DNA of 64,000 nucleotides from Paecilomyces variotii (Eukaryota): NCBI GenBank assembly GCA_004022145.1, contig RCNU01000008.1; one strand, 5' to 3'. Shown piece by piece: positions 23,750 to 35,146 of this stretch (position 1 is its first letter; each line of letters starts with the position of its first letter). The notes under the pieces were generated by a model. It saw only the letters and a program-made list of their open reading frames with translations, ran no database searches and was not told where the DNA came from. The position numbers and the translations under genes were made by a program.

Positions 23750-26700
23750 TGGATTACGCCTGTGGGGCGCAGTACTCTAGTGTTGTCGTTGGGATCGACA
23801 ACGCAGGATCCAGAACTCGTCTGGAACGGACGAAGAGCCTAGAGGACGTTACATGGGTCTCGCTATGGTGATTATTCCACAATCCAGGCAACGATGGGCA
23901 CGATAGTCGAAGAGAGTTGTCTCGAGTCAGGTCGAAATCTTCAGGAGAACGCCCATTGACCACAAATGGCTTAGCCAGCCAGGTTGATGAGGCACCACAA
24001 GGCATGTGATAGGGCCGAATTTCGATGTCCTTCGATGTACAGAGTAGAGTATATCGGCGATAACCACCAGAGATCAAAAGTAGAAACATCCACAAGGCGG
24101 TCTGCAGGCGACGGAGATCCGGAGCCAGTTCCGAGAGCGGTCAGGGATGTCTCTGCTAAATGCATACTAAAATTCATCTAGGTGCATATGTATCCATCTT
24201 ATCGATCTATCACCATGCGCCCTGCATTTGAAACTGACGGTGCCTCTGGCCCTGGAAGAAGAAATTCCGACTGCTCCAGTGGGCATGCTCTGAGCTGCAG
24301 ACCAGCGAGGCGGTTGAAACAACTCGATTCCATCATTCCCCGATATCATCGTCTGCAATATGATGCTCTCCACAATTTAACACATAGTTAGTCCATGTAG
24401 TGCTGAACTATTATACCAACATAGAGCTTTCGAGCTCCTGAAAGAGGATTCCAATCGGCCTGCCCTCATATGGACGGGAAAATACTCATGATGAAGAGCG
24501 TATCGGGCCACAAGATGCGGTAGGGATGAATGGTGCATTTAGAGCGGACGATAGATATGGAAGGAATTTCAGAGCTCCTGGACCTGCACTTCAGAAATGA
24601 TGACATCCAAGATAGGGGCAAGTAAAGGCGGTGATGATGATAATCTGCGCGGGAGGAATGTAGCGAATAGGTAAGAATCTTAGCCACAAGGTCCATTTGA
24701 GAATAGAGTTAGTACGGAGGGTCGTTGTCAAGTAGTAATGGAGCTACATTAGGGGGATTGCAACGGTCGTAGAATTGCTATGCAGGCTCAGTAGGATCAT
24801 ACTGTCCAACATCCAAACAAGCAAGTAGACCCAGAATCCCCGTAACCTATTCAGGAACCCGGCAAAGTTGATCTACTCTATAGATACCAAGAGTCTGTGA
24901 TGGATAGAACACCGTCGTCATCGGCACAAAAGCCAAACCTCCGAGAAACTTCGACTGACGGGGCCGAGCAATATTTCGGGATGCCTTCGGGCCAATGAAG
25001 GTTGGAGGTTACTCGCTCAATCCTTGGCTGCCTGGAACTAAAGGGATAGGTGGAGAAAAGCCGTGGATAGGTAACCGCGTTCTTGGGTTCTATGGTATGA
25101 TCTCGATCGACGAATGACGCGGGCGGTTCCATGATCGAGGAACGTCCCTGCAGAGTGCATCCTGAGTCCCTGACAGGTCGAATATTGTTCTATTCTATCT
25201 ACCATCTTGGCAATATTTGGTGTGCTGCCTGGAGTGCCTGGAGTCGGACCAAGGATGAAGTCTAGACTCCGGCCAGCAGCATGGATGATACCACACGGTC
25301 GGGATTTGGTCCTTGGATGACTGAAATGGCGAAGTATTCCAATCATATGCGGCCAATGAGATATGCTTCTGAATCGTAGTGTGTATGGTATCATTGCATT
25401 GCACTTGACATGGTGATGAGATGCTTCATTGGCCCACAGGCAGGATTATGGCGCACTAAGAGCGTGTATGTGTCGAGTCCTGAACACAGGTGTAGAGTAT
25501 ACAGTGTGAAGCATCGCGTATCTCATGGACTCATCGAGCATGATCAAGGCGCATCCCTGTATACTGTGTTGGACTTAGTCCTGGCAAATTTCCGAGTCCT
25601 ATTGACTACTCCGCACAAAATCTCCTGTCTCCGTTGAGGCGACGGTCTCTGACTTCAAGAGCAATAAAGCCCATTGTAAGCTGTTCTTCTTTTGCAGCTT
25701 ATCCATTAGAAGCAAGACGACAGTGTCAACTTGCATCTAGAGTACTCTATACTACTGTCCAGCCAGAGAATCAGTACCGAAGCTGTCTAGCGGATCGCCG
25801 TGAACCAGAATGTGGGCCGACGCCCCAGATGGATCGCTGGGAACAGCCAAGACGGATCTCCGGGTAAGTTACGGGACGGGTAAAGCCAGGCGGTTCCGGA
25901 ATTGCGGGTGGTGCTACTGCAGGTACTATCTTAGCTACAGTACCATAGTCATCGGAGCCGAGCCCGCGGCTCGAACTTTTCGGTCATATCAACGCACTAG
26001 GGGTTTCGGCTGTTCATCCGCGGCTCCTAGTGTCACTTTTCCCTCAGGGGAACAGTTCCACTGTGTTCGAAAAGGAGATCTAGCAACGGCTTCGAAACAC
26101 GGCAATATTCGCGACCGCCCGGATCCATGCAGCCACAGTACGAATCAGTCACTTAGGCGGAGGCTCTGTGGACATGGAGCGGCACATGTGGCCGAGCGTC
26201 ACGGTCGAGAGCACAGGAGACGCAATATTGCGGTGTTTGGAGGCTATCTATACCAGAAGGAATCGACGTTGGTTTCCGAGGGTGTGATGAAAGGACCTAT
26301 GAACATGTAAAGAAAGACCGCAATAATGAGTTGCATTCTTGGACGAAGACTTGTTGGTGTTCGTCATCAGCGAATCTTGAAGAGGCCGGGGATACTGGCG
26401 TAAGCGGAGTGATCGCCGCGTCAAACGAGCTCCAGACCCCTATCCCGTCGCCATCCACGTACGTGTTCGCAAGGTGGCAAACAAGCTCCCCCCTTTCCGC
26501 TCTGTATGGCAATGAGCACGCGAAGGTATTTGAGTAGCATTTCATAATGACCGGTCATACAGACCGGTGTTCAAAAGTGCCCTCTGACAGATGAATCCAT
26601 CAACTTGGTCTGAGTAGCTCAGTAGCTCGACGTTTGTAGTGTCGTCGATGGTCGCTTCTGATCATGCGGGTCTCCAGGGCTAGATCACCTTGGATATTGA

Positions 26701-27620
26701 TAATACAAGTCGCATTAGTCCCGAGGATCGATTTGCTTAGCCAGTTGCTGATGTCTGGAGCCATGCTGATGTATGAGCGTGTTTCAAGTAAAAGCTCAGA
26801 AAGTAGCGAATGAGGATCATCCAAGTGACGATCTGGAGAGAAAGACACGTCCGGCTGGAGGAAGCCGGTAGGCGATCTAGCATCAGACTTACCACATGGA
26901 TGAGGATGTGAGGCCGTACCTTTCCCGTCTGACTTGTGGCTAATTGATCGAGCATCGATCGGGGATGAGCTACCCAGAGTTTATCCCCAACTGGGATAAA
27001 AGTGGAATACTCCGACACCCGACGGCTGCGAGTTGAAAATCTAACGGCCGCTTGCCTGGGATGGTGTTTCTAGCGTGATTCTAGCCATACGCATGGAACA
27101 AGGATAGCGTGGATGGATTTACCGTAGAACGCCATCTCCCCACGGCTGGCAACGTATTGTAGCTCTAGGCAACTGTGTTCTCGGCTCACTGGTGTCTATC
27201 CCTCGGGGATTGTTCGACGCACTGGGGACCATGGCTGGCAACGAGCAAGCCTCAGGTATCTCGCACGCCGTATAGAAATACCTTGTAAGAAAGAGATTGC
27301 ATAGTAAGCCAGGGCAATTAGACGACCACAGGAATGTATAGGTGTGACGTTTGTGCTTTTCGTGCATTCGGGGGGCGCACGAGGGTTGTTGAGTGGTAGA
27401 AGGAAAAGAGCCTAGATAGATACCGGACGCGCGTGAAGACTCCCGGCGAGCTCTTTGGCGGCGTCCCTGAGCCGACTATCACCACTACGGTTTCGCCAGT
27501 CATCGATAACATCACATAGACTGAGGTGACTAAGTTCGATGGCTCTGAGACCATCTGCTTCGTGATTATTCTGTATCTAGACACCAGCCACACAGACTCC
27601 TTCAAACTACACCTGGCCAT
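23750..27620 (-). pseudogene. Heavily eroded NRPS remnant (A-T-C-A domain order)
   Basis: Degenerate NRPS motifs appear in the correct order across frames: GETVVVIVG..RYL, RYFYTA, NPRGIDTSE, LDRLPASSS, W..SILG..QGD, TPLTPV, KPLVR..HHPQF, AAGRSLDFILGPT, ILTYS, RRLQ/DVS/LISGG, VVDPND. Confidence 0.5.
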
Positions 27621-29960
27621 TGAGTGGCTGAAGCCTTCATTATCAGCTGATTCTATACACCAACCAAACCACCAGCATGACGGAAGCTCATACCCTAACT
27701 AACTACTGTCTTAGAGCTTACGGAGACAAATCGGCTGTCTGCTGGACATCCCCGAGAACTGCGCATCGTGTCATTCTGTGTGGTAAGATCCGTGTTGTTG
27801 TTGTCACACGGACTTCTACAATACCACGAGTCCACGACCGATAGTTAGCGCTGGCCAGAACCCGATATTATTATTGAAGCTTACGTTCAAACGTGTAGTG
27901 GACATCAGACTTAAGTTACGGTTCGGGAAGGCCTTAATTTTAGAGCCAGTACGATCAAGTGAGACGACAGAGTGTCTGCCGTGGTGGCCCATGGCCCGAA
28001 TTCCCCGATATGCAACGCAAATCTCCCCGGGGCAGCCTAACAAACAAGTTGTCCGACAGAAGCCCGGCGAGTTTCCGAGCGCGACTGCAGAACGTCGTGG
28101 AGCAGAGAGCTCTTCTTCACCTTTCTGGCAGGGAACATGGCGATAACGACAACGTTCGATACTGACGGGGAAAGAGTCCGGATGGGTCAGACTACCCGCC
28201 CTGTCGCAGAACTGGTTGTTTGCAACCATCTCTGCGTCACCCGTCTGGGCTACCACCATGTCCCCGGGGGGTCAGGCCCCAGAGGCTAGGAGACGCTAGA
28301 AGGCCGCGAGAAGGGGAAAGGAACGTTGAGCGGACGGATAGCAGTGGGTTACTTGATCACTGATCGCTATTAGGAGATCCACCGAAAAGAACACGGAGAC
28401 TGCGGCCGTTTTCCGTCTCTATCTAGAGGATTCCGCTCTGGAGGGTCGACCAGGGTGAGCAGGATGAGGCCTTTCCTGGTGTTGTCCCGTCTTCCCGACA
28501 TCCATGCCTGTTCACATATTGGCCATCACACTGTCCACAGGGCAGCGGCTGAGGGAAGTCGGCGCTTGAGATGCTGGGCCTGAGTGCGAATAGCGTGCGC
28601 TAGAGCGGACCCGAAATTCAGAAGTCGGAGCAGACGGTGGCTGATTAAACGGGTCTTCGCTCCGGGGATCATTGTGGTTCTTGGGCCTTGTCACTAACCT
28701 AGTCCCCTAGGACGGGTTAGAAAGTTCCAACTAAGGGGAGCAGCCAGAACCACGCGAGAAATATGGGCAGAGCAGGCCGGAGACTATACGCAGGGCAGCC
28801 CCAGCGGCGTCAAATCCCATCCGCTCCGTTCCTGGATCCTGAGCGCCAACAGGAAAAGTCCCCACTGCCGTCAGCGGCATCTCGTTTGGGGACAACCGGG
28901 GAGGTAAATAATAATAATAATTATGGTAATGGATTAGTTTAGTTTTCCCATCCTTACACCTGCGGTGGCCCACAGGGCGACACAGATTGATTGACAAGAC
29001 GAGACGAGGCCAAATCCAGACAAAGAAAGGTTAAGGCTGTCGGGAAAGGGGCTTGTTGGGACTGGACGATACGGTAGTCTACCTTTCTGCCGGGACGACA
29101 GGGAATTGAGCCGCCTGGGAAACGCCTTGTGCTAAAGAAAGCTCGTCTCCTGTTTGAGTTGAAAGGAGAGAAAGCAGGAAAAAGCATATATCTACGCGAC
29201 CTGTTCCCCCCTCTCAGTTGTTCCAAGTCTGGACCATAGATATCTCACTCCCGTCATCCTCTCCATCCCTTCCTTTCTCTCGCTGGCCTGCCACAGCCCT
29301 CCCTTGCGATACATCCATTCCCGGCCATCCAGACTCCGTGTCACATCCTCCTTGCCGTCCGCCGCGTTAGCTGGACCCTGATATTCGCCTGTGGTCGGAT
29401 CGCTGCCGATACATTTATATCCTGCATACACAGTTTCCATTGCCGCGGCGCATCCGCGACGCACCCGCAGCACTCAAAGCGACCTGTCGAATAGCACCGT
29501 CTCCACCGTCCATTTGCATTTGCAATCCGGAGGCCCAACTCTCCTGTCCTTGTCACAGTCACATTCCTGCCCTACATCTGGCACCCACGGAGGCGTTGTC
29601 CCCCCGGCTACGCGGAGCGCACCATTCAAAAGGATCGCCTCTTCCGATCTTACCTGCAGCTGCATCGTCGCGGTCCCTGTTTGGTATCCCAGGAACTTTT
29701 CCCGTGTACCCTGTAAGCTTGGCTGCACACAGCTTCAGCTATCTTTTTTGGGTCTATTGTGTGTCTCTTTTTCGTTCATTCTATTTAAGGTAAGTCAGCT
29801 GGATTGTCGAGTGTTTGTCTGCCCGAGACATATATATATACATCCTGCATCGCCCTTCCCCTGGTCACCCCAAACTCCGAAGCTATATTTTATATCACCT
29901 ATACCATCGCCAGTACTATTTACCAGTATTCTAACAATGGCTATTTGCGCAGAGTTCAAC

Positions 29961-30065
29961 ATGATTCTCAGGGATCTGTCAGCGACCAACATGGGACGAG
30001 GAGCCTACGATACAACGGGCGTCAAGAAGCCCGGCGCACCACCACCACCGCCGAAGCGACGCTGA
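29961..30065 (+). CDS. Candidate microprotein, 34 aa (24 aa from the second ATG at 29991): MILRDLSATNMGRGAYDTTGVKKPGAPPPPPKRR
   Basis: First ATG after an ATG-free region (28932-29789) and a canonical intron at 29790-29952. Both ATGs are in CAAC-ATG context. A second canonical intron lies downstream at 30241-30301. Confidence 0.65.
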   Translation: MILRDLSATNMGRGAYDTTGVKKPGAPPPPPKRR

Positions 30066-31729
30066 GGGCGATTGGAACTTTCATGCCCAGATGTCCAAAC
30101 CTTCCCATCCATGATGATGTCGGCGAATTCCCATCCTACCAGGGTGGAAGGACCAAACCCAGACCTCGCGTGGCCATTAAGTTGGACTGGGCAACAAGGC
30201 TTAACGTGTCTCACTTGTGTTTTGGGACACACTGCATCTTGTATGTGCTGTTTCCAACTTATTCTATCTTTTTTTGGGAGCATTTACTGACAATGTTGCA
30301 GAACCTCGCATCTATTGGATCTTCGCTCGGTTTCAAGCTGTTGGCTAGCGCTTCGCCTTGCATGCTACAACACGTCTTAATCATTAGTGTCGACACGTCA
30401 CTTGTACCAACACCGTTACATCTCATTCGCCAGCGATTTGTTCTCATCCTTTCGGCCATAACCACTTTTGCGGCTCAACACTACGATTTTTCTTAATTCG
30501 CGGAACGTTTCGCCCTGTACCATCTATTCGATACCACAAAAGTGTTTGCTTTCGATGTTCCGGCGTTATGACATAGACAGGATTCGGGTGCTTTTTTTCT
30601 TTTCTCTTTTTTTCCTTATCCTGGGCAGCATGGGTGATACCACAAGAGCTAGACTATTAGGGACCTCGCGGTCCGCTGTTTTATTTTCTATTTGTCTTTT
30701 TACTCGTCTCTTTTTTTGGGGATACTCGTGTACAATATACAGAATGAGGAAACAGGCGGGAGAGCATGCTCGGAGCCAGGGTTTGTCGGGCCATATGGTC
30801 TGGACATGCGTTGGTTTCCATTATCGGAGCACGTGGGATCGGAGCTATGCATCACGAATATGTTTATCTTTCCCTCTGATATACGCTCTAAGGCGGGTCT
30901 ATAATTGACTGAATTCACTTTTCAACATCCATTTGTCATTAGACTATAAAATTTGCTATTGCCGTAGCGCATCATGACTCTTTGTGCAACGTGATTCTAC
31001 TACTTCAGCTGCCCATGTTACAAGGGTCGAACACTACCTCGGATTTCAGCTGCAGCACGTCTCTTTTTAGCCCCATTTCACCATGTTCCTGCACCCCCAG
31101 CACAATTATGTCAGACTCGGAATCGCTGGAAATACAAAAGTTGGTCTTAGTTGAGTCCTGGTGGCCTGACGTAATCCTACTGCCATCCGCATCGACCTGC
31201 TGCAGCGATCAGTTCAGCTGTCTTGTGTAGATACTGTCCTGGCTGCTGGACCGCCAGCACTCTCTCACTCTCTTTGCACACATGGGCGCTTTGCTGTTGC
31301 TGCATCAGACGGTCAACTTGTCCAAGCCACCCCGGCATCCGAACCGCGGGTGCGGGAACATCCCGTGACTTGCGCGTCGTGGATCCGCTCCAGCCTGGAC
31401 AGAGTGCGCTAAACCGCTTTCAGCCGCCTCCATCATCGCCCGGCATTGAACGACCCAACATCCCCGGCTCTCATCGACATCTTCGCAGCTTGGAACTCAC
31501 GATACCAACTCATCCCCTCTGTCTGTCTGGTTCTATACGAAGAGATAGTCAACATTTCCGGGACGGCACTCTTCCAGCTTCTTACCCCTTCCCTGGCCCG
31601 GCGACCCTCGGACGTTTGTCACCTACATCACATCACGCAACGGAGCTCTCGATAGCCATCAGTATTGATACCCACCGTCTCTAGCCGCCCATCTGGACAC
31701 CGGCGCATAATCGATTATCACAGACGACC

Positions 31730-32716
31730 ATGTCGGAATCTAATGCCCCTAAGCCAAGCAGCAGCGTCAAGCTCGTGCTGCTGGGAGAGGCGGCTGTTGG
31801 AAAGGTATGCGGTCTGCGAACTTCGGGACAACGGGCGCGGGTGATGGACAGTGCTGACGACTATTGCAGTCCTCTCTCGTCCTTCGTTTTGTGAACAATG
31901 ATTTCCAAGAGAACAAGGAGCCCACGATAGGAGGTAAGCTCTTTTCGAATTCGATGTACTTTCTCTCCGCTTTCGTCATTGTCGTCCCAGTCTGCTAGGC
32001 AGCTATGGCGCATAATTTCTTCATGGGTTGATTCATCTCTACAAATACGTACTTTAACTAACTTCTTATGTCATACAGCGGCATTCCTCACACAGAAATG
32101 TTCTTTGCCGACTCGTACGATCAAGTTTGAGATCTGGGATACCGCCGGTCAGGAGCGCTTTGCCTCCCTTGCACCCATGTATTACCGTAACGCCCAGGCA
32201 GCTCTTGTCGTCTACGACTTGACCAAGCCTTCATCCCTCATCAAAGCGAAGCACTGGGTTGCCGAACTGCAGCGACAAGCGAGCCCTGGCATCGTCATCG
32301 CCCTGGTTGGCAACAAGCTGGATCTAACCAGTGACGGCAGTGGTACCGACGGCGGTTCTGCGGGTGCCAGTGATGAGGCTGCTGCAGAGCCCGCTGTTGC
32401 GGGAGATGAGGAAGCTGGCGAAAATAATGAGGAGCAAGACGCTGCCTCAGGAGATGCTAGAAAGGTCTCTACGCAGGAAGCGAGCAGTTACGCTGAAGAG
32501 GAGGGGCTACTGTTCTTCGAAACCAGTGCGAAGACGGGTACCAATGTCACAGAGGTTTTCACTGCCATTGCGAATGCGATCCCGGAGGCCAGCTTGAAGA
32601 GTGGCCGGGGCGCTGGTGCAGGTGCTGGGCAGGGCCTGGGCGGCCGGGCAGAAGCCAACAGTGTGAACCTCACGGACAGGAGTCCTGCTACTGCCAAGGA
32701 AGGTTGTGCTTGCTGA
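31730..32716 (+). CDS. vps21: Rab5-family GTPase (Vps21/Ypt51-like)
   Basis: [51 protein letters not shown]-terminal CAC prenylation motif. Two introns. Confidence 0.95.
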
Positions 32717-33448
32717 TCCTCATCAATTTCGCCCTTGCTCGACTCTCTTTGTGCGCAGGTCTCCCGCCATGATTTGTCTCTGGTCTGTGGCCTTTATCTT
32801 CAAGTAAAGCTCTATGTTTTGCTACGGCTCGTGCGGTCAATCACTATATGTTACCCGCTTGATTTGATACCTTCTTGTTGTTGTTGTCTATCCCCCGGGT
32901 GGAGGCGTCTGTCCCTGCGATTCTGTTGCGCTGTATCTATGTACCTTTTGGCTCTGCGTTGGCACTATGTCAATCAGAGTCGGTCAAGTGTTCTACTTTG
33001 TTCCATTATTAGTCCCCCCCTTCCGCGCATAGGTATATAGGACCCGGAGGGGATAATGATTTTTTGAGATACAAGATTGTTCCTTCTGCTGGGTAGACGG
33101 TGCAGCTATTGTGTACCTAGTTAGCTGGTAATAATAATAAGAAGAATAATAATAATCCATCCATCATGACTGGAGTAAATAAGACTAGCTGTAAACGGTG
33201 TTCTTGAGGGCAGGGCGGTCACGGGACACGCCTTCCCCTACCCGTGACAGGCCTAACCATAATCATGCTAGCGCAGACCGCTAAGCGAGGCGCCGAGATC
33301 CCGATCCCACACCCGCACTCAGCGCAAATTGTAGTGTAGTCTGTGTGTTTGACTTGCTTCGAGTTCACCTTCGATTTCCTCGACGACAACCACCACAGGA
33401 AGCAGCACCAGCAGCAGCACAGCCCGCCACCGTCGCTCGTCTGCAATC

Positions 33449-34411
33449 ATGGCTGCCCTCAACAAGATCGCGCACAACTCCTCGTCGAGGCAGAACCCCT
33501 CCGAGCTGGAGACCGCGTTGGCCAACGCTCTCTATGACCTGGAGAGCAACACCACGGACCTGAAGGCTTCCCTCAGGCCCCTGCAGTTCGTCTCTGCTCG
33601 CGAGGTAAGAAGAGAGTCCATTACTTCTTTCCCCCCTGGAATTTGCGAGGAGGAACGAACGATATCAATGTGATTGTGGGGAGCGCAATTGGAGAGAATC
33701 ACGCCCGCGGACATTGAGAACGTTATTTTTTTGTGCGGAGGGCCTACGGCACCGTATTGAGGCATGGTCATGGGATTCTATCGGTCCTAGGGATCACTGT
33801 CTTCTCAATCTCGGGGGGAGAAATATTGCATTTTCGAAGGACTGTTATCTGACTGGCAATTTTTTGTTACAGATCGAGGTCGGCCACGGCAAGAAGGCCA
33901 TCGCCATCTTCGTCCCCGTCCCTCTCCTCCAGGGCTTCCACAAGATCCAGCAGCGGTATGCACACTCCATGAAAAGAGAAGAAAGCCACGCACACAAAGA
34001 GTGGCTTACTCCGGGGGAGACAAAGTAACTAACGTATACTTCAGCCTGACCCGTGAGCTCGAGAAGAAGTTCTCCGACCGCCAGGTCCTCTTCATTGCTT
34101 CGCGCCGCATCCTGCCCCGTCCCAAGCGCTCCACCACCTCGCGCTCCAAGCTCACCCAGAAGCGTCCTCGCTCTCGCACTCTCACTGCCGTGCACGACGC
34201 CATCCTGACCGACGTTGTCTACCCCGTCGAGATCGTCGGCAAGCGCGTCCGCACCAAGGAGGACGGCAGCAAGGTCCTCAAGGTCATCCTCGACGAGAAG
34301 GAGCGTGGTGGTGTTGACCACCGCCTCGACGCCTACGGTGAGGTCTACCGAAGACTGACCGGCCGCAACGTCGTTTTCGAGTTCCCCCAGAGCAGCGTTG
34401 CCGACTACTAG
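33449..34411 (+). CDS. rps7: 40S ribosomal protein S7 (eS7)
   Basis: [58 protein letters not shown]. Introns 33605-33872 and 33956-34044. Strong C-ending codon bias. Confidence 0.97.
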
Positions 34412-35146
34412 ATTCGGATGATAGGGCTTGTTGGGGTGAAATGACGGAAACAATTCAATAAAAGGGAGGAGAAGAAAGGAAATGAAGAACACAAAGAAAA
34501 TGGGAAAACTCTCAGGAAAGGGGGGCCTCTTTTTCCTTCTTTTTTTTAATTCTATTCTTTTCCTTTCTTTTCTTCTCTCTAAATGAAGCGTTCGGGGCGG
34601 TTCGATGGTCTGGTCTGGTCGGGGACGTGGGATATATGTGAAAAAACCCGGGTTTGGTTTTGGCGCGGTTTGAAATGAAACATGAAACTTTGAGCAAAAA
34701 GCACAAAAAAGGAAAACTACGCAATCTGCACGCACAAAATTCACATATATCCCTCTCCTGCCCAAAGTTTAGCATGTCATGTCCATTGTCGTCGTGTCCT
34801 TGCACATTGACCCTGCGATCAGATCAAGGTGTACTGGTACTTCTTCCTTGAAATCAAAAACCAACGAGGCGTGTAGCCTTTTTTTTCTTTTCAACTTTCT
34901 TTTCTTGTCTTCATTTAAGCTTTTGATCTATCGATTGGAGCAAGGTAATCAATCATCCTAGAAAGTCGTCCTATATATATACCTTATAGACCATGGACAA
35001 AAACACGCACACACCAATCTCCATGGAGAAAATAAGAAAACTTGGAAGGAAGAAACATTGATTGTCGCTAACTATATCTATTGGTATCATGGCTACAGAT
35101 CGCAAGAAAAGAAAAGAACACATCCCAAATCCACACACAACACACA

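Noticed and set aside
29391-30065. 224-aa ORF from the ORF track
   Set aside because: It starts at GTG and reads through a canonical intron. Only the last 34 codons look coding.
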